64,000 nucleotides of DNA, taken from IMG/VR virus record IMGVR_UViG_3300045999_005873. One strand, given 5' to 3'. The stretch's first letter is position 1; every line of letters starts with the position of its first letter. Shown here in pieces: positions 45,985 to 55,300 of this stretch. The translations under genes and the position numbers were made by a program. Under the pieces are notes generated by a model, which made no database searches, had not been told where the DNA came from, and saw only the letters and a program-made list of their open reading frames with translations. The DNA comes from an uncultured virus (IMG/VR IMGVR_UViG_3300045999_005873) (taxonomy: Duplodnaviria; Heunggongvirae; Uroviricota; Caudoviricetes).

Positions 45985-46346
45985 GGGGCCACCGCCGTCA
46001 CGCTACCGCTCACAATCGTGCGGGTGATCTGCCCCGGGGCCACCCAGCGGAGATACCAGCGGTAGGTCTGGCCGGGGGAAAGCAGGGAAGTCTGGGTCTC
46101 GGAGAGCCCCAGGATCATGGAGCCGGTCGAGGCGTTGGCGATGCCGATCGTCGGGGAGGTGACGGTCTGGCCGAAGCTGGAGATCGAGCCCAGGCCGCCG
46201 CCTGTGCCGACGATGTCGGTGCGGTAGATGTAGCTCGTGAACGAATGCGACGTAACGTCGCGCTGAAGGTTCAGCGCGACATTACACTCGTCCCCGGGCA
46301 CAAGTTCTAAATCTAAATTCCCAGGAAGCTGGCTGAAGACGGGCAA
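45981..46346 (-). CDS. Structural protein (BppU-N-like)
   Basis: Paralogous to 39365-39691. Confidence 0.65.
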   Translation of the reverse strand: MPVFSQLPGNLDLELVPGDECNVALNLQRDVTSHSFTSYIYRTDIVGTGGGLGSISSFGQTVTSPTIGIANASTGSMILGLSETQTSLLSPGQTYRWYLRWVAPGQITRTIVSGSVTAVAP

Positions 46347-46355
46347 GGCGGCACC

Positions 46356-46655
46356 TCAGTTTTGAGCCGGCTGGCCGGTCTTTTTCACGACGGCCTGCTT
46401 GATTTCCTGCTGCCCAGCGGCGATTTCTTGGAGGGTCTCGGCCTGCTTGAACTGCGTTTTCCCGATCTCGTCGAGCGTCTCTCTGGTCGAATCGAGGAAC
46501 TCGGTGTGCGACTTCACAATCGGCACCACGACGGTGCCGTGGAGCGTCACTGCCGCATCCCTCATAAACCAGATGCCGACTGCCAGAAGCACCAACGGAA
46601 CGCCGAAACGCTCGGCCACGCGGAACGCGGCCTCGACGAATGATTCGCTGCTCAT
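46356..46655 (-). CDS. Holin-like single-TM protein
   Basis: RFGVPLVLLAVGIWF then coiled coil. Confidence 0.5.
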   Translation of the reverse strand: MSSESFVEAAFRVAERFGVPLVLLAVGIWFMRDAAVTLHGTVVVPIVKSHTEFLDSTRETLDEIGKTQFKQAETLQEIAAGQQEIKQAVVKKTGQPAQN

Positions 46656-46698
46656 CTGCCACTCCGCGAAAACTACAGTATGCAGGCCGGTAGCCTAT

Positions 46699-47241
46699 CT
46701 AAATTGTAGCAGCGACGAGTTGCAGTCTGAGGGCATCCAAGGAGCCGGAATTGTCGATGGTTCGGGCGACAAGATGGTCGCCCACCCCGGCCTCGCTCTG
46801 GTGCGTGGCCGCCTCGGCGGCGAGGCACCGCCACCCCGGCCGCTCAACCCGCCACACCTCGCCTCCGGCGTCGATGATGGCCTGAGCCTCGTTGTCGAAC
46901 CGAACGTCGGTGATGACCACGCAGCGATTGACGGTCAGGTGCTGGGCGGCACGCTCCATCGCGATGCGAACCCAGATTTCGGGATGGACGGTGCCGCGGC
47001 CCCACTCGGTGCCGAGGGTCTGGAGCAGTTGCCTGGGCGACTTGCCCAGCCAGGGGATGACGGTCTCCTTGACGACGCGATCCTTGAGGCGGGCCGCCGG
47101 CAGGCCCGTGATCGTCGAGACGCACTCGTAGAGCGGGTCGGCGAAGGCGATCTGCATGAATGTGCAGCCGTCGGAATCCGTAAGAAGTTCTGCCACCGTA
47201 TTCTTCCCAGCCCCGGCGGCCCCGCAGAGTCCGATCAGCAT
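46699..47241 (-). CDS. Deoxynucleoside monophosphate kinase
   Basis: G.AGAGK, FADPL, PRQLLQTLGTEWGR, TDVRF.NE, H.SE. Confidence 0.92.
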   Translation of the reverse strand: MLIGLCGAAGAGKNTVAELLTDSDGCTFMQIAFADPLYECVSTITGLPAARLKDRVVKETVIPWLGKSPRQLLQTLGTEWGRGTVHPEIWVRIAMERAAQHLTVNRCVVITDVRFDNEAQAIIDAGGEVWRVERPGWRCLAAEAATHQSEAGVGDHLVARTIDNSGSLDALRLQLVAATI

Positions 47242-47714
47242 GAGAAATCCCTCCCGTCGAAGCGAAGTGTGACGCCGACTGTGTCTGCCAGGAGCCGCTG
47301 GCTCACGCACGCCTCTTCGAGCATCTTTTCGGCCAGCTCCACGTTGAGGAGCCAGCGGGCCGGCGTGGCGTTGCGGAGCGAGATCAGCCCGACGACCTCG
47401 GTGATGCCCGCCGAAATGATCGCCCTGGCACAGTCGGTGCAGGCGAACCAGGGGCAGTAGAGCTTCCCGCCGGCCGTCGCCGCCCCGGCCGCCGCGGCCT
47501 TGTGGATCGCCGCCCGCTCGGCGTGCTCGATGAAGTCATATTTGAACGGCCTCGCGAGCCGGTGCGCGGGGCGGGCCACCCCCGCCGGCACGCAGTTGGC
47601 GGCGTAGATCGTCTGCCTGCCCGTCACGAGCACGGCCCCGTTCTGCGTGTCTGGGTCGTGGGAGTGCTCTGAGGCGTAGCGGCAGGCTTCGCGGAGGTAG
47701 TCCAGTTCGTTCAT
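47235..47714 (-). CDS. dCMP deaminase-like protein
   Basis: S.DP.TQ.GAV, HAE, C.DCARAII.AGI. Confidence 0.88.
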   Translation of the reverse strand: MNELDYLREACRYASEHSHDPDTQNGAVLVTGRQTIYAANCVPAGVARPAHRLARPFKYDFIEHAERAAIHKAAAAGAATAGGKLYCPWFACTDCARAIISAGITEVVGLISLRNATPARWLLNVELAEKMLEEACVSQRLLADTVGVTLRFDGRDFSC

Positions 47715-48886
47715 CGGGTCGCCCCCGCGACGTGCATGGCGGTCAGGCCGCCCTCGGGCAGATAGATGAAGGTCTCCATGCACTGGCGCGAGCAAATGTA
47801 GCCGCTCGCGGCGTGCCACTCGTCCGGCGGGGTGATCGATGGCGCAGTTCTCAGCACCACGGAATCAACAGACTCGATAGACCGCTCGGCGGCCTGGGCG
47901 TGGAGGTGGCCGGTGTGAAACTCGCGATACCAGCACCGCGACCAATCAGCCGACGCTTCCATCGCCATGATCTGTGGCAGCCGCTTCTTGGCTTTGTCGC
48001 CGTGGGCTGCGCCGATCAGGTTGCTGCCGTGGGTGACGTACTGCCGGCGTGTGTAGTGCGGCGAGACGGCGACCCGGCCATCGTTGCGGAACCGCTCCTG
48101 AAGAATCCTGCGGAAGGCCGCAGTTAGCGTCTCGTCGTGGTTGCCGTTCACGACGAGCACGTCGGTCGGGGCTGTGGCGGCCGACCGCTCGACCAGCCCC
48201 AGGAGCGTGTCGCACCCGACTTGGATCATCTTCTGGAAGCGGCCGTCGTTGTCCTGCGGCGTGCCTGCCGTCGTATTCCCCGCGGGGCCGTCGGCGTTAA
48301 ACAGGTCGCCCAGAAACAGGATCGTGCGGCGGGCCGGCTGGTAGGTGTCGCCAGTGTCGATCAAGGACATCCCGGCATCGCCGACCATCTTCTCGGCCAG
48401 CGACAGATCGTAGTCGTCGTGCCCTGTCGACTTCTTCCAGCAATACTTTCCGAAATGACTGTCGGCGACAACCAGCACTTGCCACAGGTCGCCGCGCCCC
48501 TTGGGCTTGATGGGCTTCTGCTTCGCCCTGGGTAGATTCGCCCCGGCGATCATCGCCTCGACGATTTCCTTGACGCCTGGGCCAGCCTTGGGCTTGAGCC
48601 TGACCCAAACGCGGTGCAGCTCAGTGACGGTCGGCTCGCCGCTTGAGTCGGCGGTCGCGACCTCCCACTTGGTCGCCTCGCTCGCCGCGACCTCGTACTT
48701 GGTCATATCAGCGTCAATGTGGGCCAGGAGATCGGCGACCGTCTTGATGCGCTTCGACGTGGAGCGAGCCTCCAGCACGTCTCCCTCGCGCCGCTGCGTC
48801 ACCTGTTCGGCGTCGGGGGCGGGCTTCGGCGTGGCGGCGGCTGCCGCGGCCGAAAGGATGTCGCCGGTCAACCCTGCGTCAGCCAT
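47711..48886 (-). CDS. Calcineurin-like metallophosphoesterase
   Basis: DSHFG, GDLFN.D, GNHD, HGD, GHLH. Confidence 0.85.
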   Translation of the reverse strand: MADAGLTGDILSAAAAAATPKPAPDAEQVTQRREGDVLEARSTSKRIKTVADLLAHIDADMTKYEVAASEATKWEVATADSSGEPTVTELHRVWVRLKPKAGPGVKEIVEAMIAGANLPRAKQKPIKPKGRGDLWQVLVVADSHFGKYCWKKSTGHDDYDLSLAEKMVGDAGMSLIDTGDTYQPARRTILFLGDLFNADGPAGNTTAGTPQDNDGRFQKMIQVGCDTLLGLVERSAATAPTDVLVVNGNHDETLTAAFRRILQERFRNDGRVAVSPHYTRRQYVTHGSNLIGAAHGDKAKKRLPQIMAMEASADWSRCWYREFHTGHLHAQAAERSIESVDSVVLRTAPSITPPDEWHAASGYICSRQCMETFIYLPEGGLTAMHVAGATR

Positions 48887-49113
48887 CGCTGCACCTGCCT
48901 GAACTTGGAGGTCTTGTACCCGCGGGCCGTGAGCTTTGCGACGATCGTCTTCGCCATCTGGGAGGCCGAGATGCCGGTGGCCTCGGCGGTCTTCCGCCAC
49001 TGGTCACGAACCGCGAGGACGGCGTCTTGGTGCTCGCTTGACAGACCGTGAAACCAGCTTTGGTTTCCTGCCGACGGCTTCGCGCTCTCCAGAATCTCCT
49101 TCGCTAAGTCCAT
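48868..49113 (-). CDS. Hypothetical protein (possible HTH)
   Basis: Coupled to phosphoesterase. Confidence 0.6.
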   Translation of the reverse strand: MDLAKEILESAKPSAGNQSWFHGLSSEHQDAVLAVRDQWRKTAEATGISASQMAKTIVAKLTARGYKTSKFRQVQRWLTQG

Positions 49114-49237
49114 TCGGCTTGCCCTCAAGGTGAATCCATCCATCATCATCGGGGATGCCGCCGCCCGTGATCTCGTCGTCGTCGTCAAGTTCAGGGGGAA
49201 GTATCAATCCCCGTGGCGGCTTCTTGGACATAGACAT
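49004..49237 (-). CDS. Small acidic hypothetical protein
   Basis: ORF track; overlaps next gene. Confidence 0.4.
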   Translation of the reverse strand: MSMSKKPPRGLILPPELDDDDEITGGGIPDDDGWIHLEGKPNGLSEGDSGEREAVGRKPKLVSRSVKRAPRRRPRGS

Positions 49238-49255
49238 AGTGTGGCCGAGTAGCCT

Positions 49256-49690
49256 TTATGGGTCAACCTTTGATTTTCGCGCTTGCTTGATAGCACGCTT
49301 GATCAGAAACCTGCCGGCGGCGTCAAGAAATGGCAGGCCGCGCTTCTCAGCATTGGCCCGCATGGCCGAAAGGACGTATTCGACGCGGTCGGGCTTCTCG
49401 CACTCGTCCACGCCCCAGGCGTCCATCTCGTTGGCGACTTGGTTGCACGAGCAGTCTGGGGACGCTGTGATGCGAAACGGCCATCCGGCCAGGAGCTTTT
49501 TGAGTTCGGTTCCGGGCCCGTGCGGCGGGGGTGGCGGCGGAAATCGCGAGTCCCGGGGAAAAGCGGGGTGGTCGATGTCCACTGTCCACTCGTCGCCATC
49601 CCGGGCGACAACGCACGGCATCACTTCGTCGAGCGCGTAGCCACGTTCGGCGCAGCGAACCTCAAGGTGCATGCGGTGGCAGGTAATCAT
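49256..49690 (-). CDS. Conserved hypothetical protein (GPGTELK..L...C.C...MD.WG)
   Basis: Motif recognition; follows tail genes. Confidence 0.7.
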   Translation of the reverse strand: MITCHRMHLEVRCAERGYALDEVMPCVVARDGDEWTVDIDHPAFPRDSRFPPPPPPHGPGTELKKLLAGWPFRITASPDCSCNQVANEMDAWGVDECEKPDRVEYVLSAMRANAEKRGLPFLDAAGRFLIKRAIKQARKSKVDP

Positions 49691-49917
49691 GGAAGTGGGT
49701 TGCATGGGTTTGGCGAGCATTGTGTTCCTATCCCCAGAAAAGAGTCGCCCTGGCCGGCGCACTGGCATGGCGTTGCAGTCCGGCATACGCCCGCATTGCA
49801 GCACGCCCCTGAAGGCTGCGAGCACTCCTGTTCGCACTCTTGCTGCGTGGCGTATGCCTTACCGAGTTGCCGGTATCCCAGGAAGGGGATGATGCTGGAG
49901 CTGTCATAGCACGGCAT
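49687..49917 (-). CDS. Small Cys-rich protein (GACC motif)
   Basis: GACCNAGVC....CQC.G.G..F.G.GT.C. Confidence 0.6.
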   Translation of the reverse strand: MPCYDSSSIIPFLGYRQLGKAYATQQECEQECSQPSGACCNAGVCRTATPCQCAGQGDSFLGIGTQCSPNPCNPLP

Positions 49918-49926
49918 AAAATCTGC

Positions 49927-50505
49927 CTAAACGTGAGTAACGTCAAACCAAGCTATTGGGTTAAAAGTGGGCTGGGTTCCTGAAAACACAGCGGCGGTGG
50001 CGTCTACCGCGCCGGGGGGCCAGTCCTGAATCGACGTTCTCACGCCAGTGCAGAGGTCATACCCAGACCCAGCAGTAACCACGACTGCAAAGTTGAAGCA
50101 TTGCCCGTCAAGGTTCAGGCCGGAAAAAGCAAACACATACTGCGTGCCGCCACGAGAGCCCTTCACCATGAACAGCAGCTTTTTGTTGTTTTCTTGCGGT
50201 GCCTGCGGAATCACATTGAATCCACCGACAGGGCACGCAGACGGTGCGCCCTCGCGATAAACGTACCGCACGCAGCTATTCTGCGCAAACTGGTTTAGCG
50301 TGTAGTACGGGTCGCGAATCGTTGCGAGCGACAGCGTGTAGGTGCCCTCGATGGAGAAGTCGCGAAACGTGATTCGCCTCCTGTCGGACTCATTTCTGGG
50401 GCGGTAGTTGGTGATCTGCAACTTAGCGGACTGCGGCACTGGCTGGCCGCTCGGGCAGCAGCACGCAAGGCATTGCCATGTCTGGCCGCAGCATGGACAC
50501 GCCAC
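49927..50505 (-). CDS. Cys-rich tail-tip-region protein
   Basis: N-terminal ACPCC. Confidence 0.55.
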   Translation of the reverse strand: MACPCCGQTWQCLACCCPSGQPVPQSAKLQITNYRPRNESDRRRITFRDFSIEGTYTLSLATIRDPYYTLNQFAQNSCVRYVYREGAPSACPVGGFNVIPQAPQENNKKLLFMVKGSRGGTQYVFAFSGLNLDGQCFNFAVVVTAGSGYDLCTGVRTSIQDWPPGAVDATAAVFSGTQPTFNPIAWFDVTHV

Positions 50506-50507
50506 GA

Positions 50508-51284
50508 TTATATCTCCAGGGTCACGAACGTGGCCGTAAACGTGTTGGTGATGAAGGTCGCCGTCTGCGTGCCCGACATGGATATGGTCGTGGCGGTCTG
50601 CGTGCCCGACATGGATATGGTCGTGGCGGTCTGCATTCCAGACAGCGACACAGTCGTTGCCGTCATAGGGTCTCCGGCGGGCTTGATCCGCGCCGTTGCC
50701 GTGCTGACGGAGATTGAGCAGTTGCTTGTGTTGAACGAGGCAGACACGCCAGTCACAACCGTCACGTCCGCTGCCCCGGGGCCAGCGTAGGTTAGGGTCT
50801 GCGTTGAGCCCGCCCCGACAAACGTGATCCTCTGCGTTGAGCCAGTCCCAACAAACGTGATCCTCTGAGTGGCGGCTGTGCCGACGAATGTCATCGTCTG
50901 CGTCCGCCCAGAAAACACCGCCGTCGCCGTCGCCATCTGGAAGCTGACCAGATACCACTGCGTGCCGTCTTTGGCGATGTTGACGATTCGCGATGCCGCC
51001 GTGCTCTTTGGTGCCGGCAGGCTGACCAGCTTATTGACGACGCTGACCGTGTTCGGCGTGGAGGTGACGCCGAAGTAGGTGACGGCCTTGTCTGTATTGA
51101 TCGCCCAGGCACCTGTTGCTGTGCAGACGCGGAAGACTTTGGGGGCGAACGACTGCCCGTCGCCTTCGATCACCGTCGGAATCCGGCTCACCGGGCCGCC
51201 GAAGGGTATGGACTCCACCTTCGCGATCGTGCTTTTCAGCTTCTCGCGGAGGCTCTCGCCGATGAGGTACTTGCCGTCAGCCAT
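50508..51284 (-). CDS. Minor tail protein
   Basis: Thr-rich with 10-11 aa tandem repeats. Confidence 0.7.
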   Translation of the reverse strand: MADGKYLIGESLREKLKSTIAKVESIPFGGPVSRIPTVIEGDGQSFAPKVFRVCTATGAWAINTDKAVTYFGVTSTPNTVSVVNKLVSLPAPKSTAASRIVNIAKDGTQWYLVSFQMATATAVFSGRTQTMTFVGTAATQRITFVGTGSTQRITFVGAGSTQTLTYAGPGAADVTVVTGVSASFNTSNCSISVSTATARIKPAGDPMTATTVSLSGMQTATTISMSGTQTATTISMSGTQTATFITNTFTATFVTLEI

Positions 51285-52378
51285 TAGGTAAACCACCTAA
51301 TTCCGAAGTTCGAGAAGTTGTTGCCGAAATTCATCTCGGGCTGAATGCAGATACGGTTGATGAGGACTTTCTGCGCCATCGGGAAGTTACGGACATTCCG
51401 CGGCGTACCGTCGTCGTTGAGCGCTACCGGCTGGGCAGATGGTCTCTGTGTCCACCCGCCTTGGTTTGCGGGCACCGTAACCATCGCCCTCGTCCTTTTG
51501 GTTTGAGTCCCAAAAGCGTAGGTTTGTGGCGTTCCATCACTGTTGAGCTGCACCTTCCCGCTCTCGTCATGTTGAAGAGTCAGCGACTCAATGTCGACTT
51601 CATTCGGAGACGACAGGCCGTAGTTGATGACATTGAACCCCGTCTGCGGAACGGCCATGTCCCAGCCAATCGCCTGGAAGCCTTCGCGGGTGATCGTCCA
51701 GTGCGCTCTGACTGCAAAGCCGAACGAGACCTTGAATCCGCGAAACTTGAAGTCGCCGAACTGCTCGACAACGGCTGTTGACGCAATGCTCTGTAACATA
51801 CAGCAATGAACGCCGACCGACAGGTTGGAGAAGGTGAAGTTGTCTCTGTTTACATAGCCGCAGTAGGCCAGGAGCTGGCTCATGTCGGAATACGAATACT
51901 GATCAATGTTGATGTTCACTACCGGCTCAAGTCGCGTCACGCCGTCGACTAAGTCGCCGACTGGGTTGACTGCTGGAATCCATGAACCAGACACGCCACC
52001 TGTCACCGGCGCGCCACCCCACGCCGCGATCTCCGTCAGCGACGTGGTCATCGAATACATTGCAGGCCGCTGGGCTGGCTCTTGCGTGCCAGGGTCTATG
52101 GTGCCCATGCCCGCATTGCTGCGATACTGCGCGGTGACGATCCGCACGAGCCTGCTCTCGCCGTCCGCCTTCACGTCCAGGCTGACGCACGGGATGGGGT
52201 TCGCCGAGCCAAGCGGGTCGCCGATGTTGACGCCGACTGCCTGGGCTATGTTGAACGACTCGTTCGGCGAGTTCAGCAGAATCTTCCACGTCCGCGTGGC
52301 CTGATCGGCAAGCTGCCCGCCGTCGGCGCTGCGGCTGAATGATTTGCCCTGGGCGAGTTCGGAGACGAGCTTGGGCAT
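51284..52378 (-). CDS. Distal tail/hub-like protein
   Basis: Directly after tape measure; N.VGD, PVAL..DG. Confidence 0.65.
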   Translation of the reverse strand: MPKLVSELAQGKSFSRSADGGQLADQATRTWKILLNSPNESFNIAQAVGVNIGDPLGSANPIPCVSLDVKADGESRLVRIVTAQYRSNAGMGTIDPGTQEPAQRPAMYSMTTSLTEIAAWGGAPVTGGVSGSWIPAVNPVGDLVDGVTRLEPVVNINIDQYSYSDMSQLLAYCGYVNRDNFTFSNLSVGVHCCMLQSIASTAVVEQFGDFKFRGFKVSFGFAVRAHWTITREGFQAIGWDMAVPQTGFNVINYGLSSPNEVDIESLTLQHDESGKVQLNSDGTPQTYAFGTQTKRTRAMVTVPANQGGWTQRPSAQPVALNDDGTPRNVRNFPMAQKVLINRICIQPEMNFGNNFSNFGIRWFT

Positions 52379-55300
52379 TAGAGGAGCACTCCCGGGTTGT
52401 TTGCCTTGAGGTCAGCCCTGATGTCGGCAAGGTAGCCCGTCTGCTTCTGTAGCTCCGCCAAATTCACGTCCTTCGCCGAGTCGTCGCCTCGGAGGAGGCG
52501 GGTGAGTTCGCTGGCACCCTGGCTCGTCGAAACGTCGGAGACGTTGAGGGCGGCGCGGGACGGCCCTTGCAGGGCGGCGGTCTGCCGCTCGTCTTGGAAC
52601 TGCTTGAGCATGGGGGCGACTTGCTCCATCTGGTTTCGCAAGGCTTGGCGGAGGAACTTGGTGGGGTCTTCGCCGTTGGCACGCATCTCGGCGGCGCGGG
52701 CGTTGATGTCGGCACCTGCGCCTTCGGTGAATTCCTTGCGGAATCGCTCGCGATCGGTCATGCCGAGGTCGCGGCCTCGGAGGGCGCGGTCGCGCTGGTT
52801 GCGGGCGTATTGCTCGTCGTCGATGGACTTGCGTTCGTCGCGAGTACCGGCGTCGATGGCCCCCTCGTTCTCGCCGCGCATTCTGCGGTTCTCTCCCTGA
52901 ATGCGTTTTCTCTCTTCTATCTCAAGGTCCGTAAGCCCGCCCTTGGCTTCCTTTTCGGCCAGATCAGCCAATCGCTTGTCATTTGCTGCGATTGCCTTGT
53001 TGTTCGCCGCGACGGCTGGGTCTTTCTCAATCTCCTTCCGCTTGTTGTCCAGATTGTCTTGCAACTCCTGGGCGCGCTGGCGATCGCTGCGGAGGCGAGC
53101 ATCGGCTTCGTCCCGCTCCTTACGGTTCTTCTCGGTCGGATTATTGATGTACCGCTGCTGCGCCTCGTTCGCCTGCCGCTCGCTGTCGGCCATGATCTGG
53201 TTCGCCGCATCGATGCTGCGTTTAAATGTCGGGTCTTCAGCGGCCCGCTGGCGACCCTTCTCAAGCTCCTTCTCGCGAGCCAGGATGCCGTTGTTGATGG
53301 CGTCAAGCTGCTTCCGCTCGGCCTCAGTCAACTGCCGAGCCATCATTTCTCTTTGGCGAAGCAACTCGATCTCGCGCTTGGCCGCTGCGTCAAGCTCCGC
53401 ACTCTCAGCCTGATTAAGCCCGCCGCCGACCGCACTCTTTGCCTCAAGGTCTTTTCGCCTCTGCGTGATGGCCTCGAGTTCGCCGTTGATCGCCTGCATC
53501 TGCGGGTCTTGCTGAATCTCGCGGCGGCGATTGCCAAGGTCGGCCTGGGCATTGCCGACCGTAGCGCGGTCATTGATCAGCCGCTCCTCGGCTGCATCCC
53601 TGGCTTCGCGGGCCCCTGCCCGCAGCGGGTTTTCCTCAAACGCCCTCTGTGCGGCGTCCGCGCCCTGCTCAGACCTCTGCAACGCCGATTCGCCGACTTT
53701 GCGGATGCGGGTCAACGCGGCTTCGATGCCGGCGGTGGCCTCGGCCAGGGCAGCGGCGGTTTCGGAGGCTTTCTGGGCGAGGTCGGATGCAGCGGACGCC
53801 GCCTCTCTCGCAGCCTTCGCCTTCTCAAGATCGGCTTCCGCGGCCTTTATGTCCGCTTCCGCAATCTTCCGCTTACCGATGTCGCCACCGGCGCTGGCGG
53901 CTTCCTCTCGTTTCTTGGCGATCAGGTCAACGAGAGCTGTCTCGCGAGCCACCGCCTGAACGGCCTTTCGGCGTGCCTCCGCCTCGTCGTCGATGACTCG
54001 TTTTAAGTTCGCGATCAAGCCTGCTTGCTCGTTTGCGAACCTATCGTTCCCCTCAAGCGAAGACAAAGCCTTCGTTGTCCGCTCTCCGCCGAATGTACGG
54101 CCAAGACGCATTTCCCGCGCTCGCGACTCCACGTCGGCCCGCTGGCGGAGCACGCCGTTCACCCGCTCTTGCGCGCGCTCAATGGCTGCTGTCCTTGCCT
54201 CTGGCGTGATGTTCGCATCGTCTGGGCTTGTGCTGACAGCCGAGCGAAGGGCGTCATCCGCTGCGGCAAGCTCAGATGAAAGTGCGTCCAGCTCTGACTG
54301 AAACGCAATGGCAGATGGGACGCCTCGCCTAATTGCGTCCGCTACATCCTCCTGTGCCGCCCTAATCGAGTCAGCGGCGTCTACTGACGCTGCGTATGCC
54401 TTCGAGGCAGAATCGACTACGCCGCTTTCGACCACCTTTTGCAGCGACTTTATCAACGCCTCGAACTGTGCGATCTCCCTGTCGGCGGCAAGTGCTGCGC
54501 CAGTCTTGATGAAGCCCAAGTCACGCTGCGACTGTTCGGGCCTCTTCATCTCCTGCGCCCTTCGTAGCGCTTGAATCTGCCCCTGAACGGATGTCGGCAC
54601 CTGCGATGCAAGGTCGCGGAGCCCCTCGTTTGATGCGTTCGCTTGCACAGACCGAGCCCGATTGACTCCAAGCAGCGCAGATGCCCCCAGCGTCACAATG
54701 TTGGAAAACATCCGCTGCGTGTTGTTGCCCAGGAATCGGTCGTTGTTTACGCGATCCGACTCATTGGCCGAACCGCGGATCGACGACGCAACGACGTTCG
54801 CATCAGGCGTCACCTCCGATGCGAGGCGACCTCGTGTCGCAAAGAGTGCCCGATTTGTGTCGCGAATCCTACCCTGAATAGTCGCGCCTTCTCCGACAGT
54901 TGTCGCGGCCTCAAGCTGTTTCTGGAGTTTGTTGATCTCCGCACGCAACTCGGCCATGCCCTGAAATTCGTTTCTCCGCTCGCGGGGCGAATAGAGTTCT
55001 CGGATCATCTGCGAGATCGGCATCGGCGCGACAGCGGCCGAGTCTGTACCGTCGCGGCGCTCGGCAGCAAGCTCTGCGGACTGCCGGCGCATCGCAGATC
55101 GGCCGAAAGCAATACTCCTGGCCTGCTCCGACGAGCTTGATGCTGTGCCTCGCAGTATCGCGTCGGCAAGTGCCTTGTGTGACTGCGCCAAATCGTCGAC
55201 AAGGCTTTTCTGTCTCGCGAGGGATTCGTTTAACGCTTTTGCCTGATCCTCGGCCGACCGTCCGCTATTGGCCCATTTGATCAACCCAATCGCCGCCTGC

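Noticed and set aside
50540..50890. 30- and 33-bp tandem repeats as regulatory elements
   Set aside because: They are in-frame coding repeats (TATTISMSGTQ, TQRITFVG) within a tail gene
52567..54006. Long antisense ORFs (also 3301-4587, 13090-14403, 30753-32177)
   Set aside because: Typical high-GC shadow frames opposite well-supported genes; no motifs
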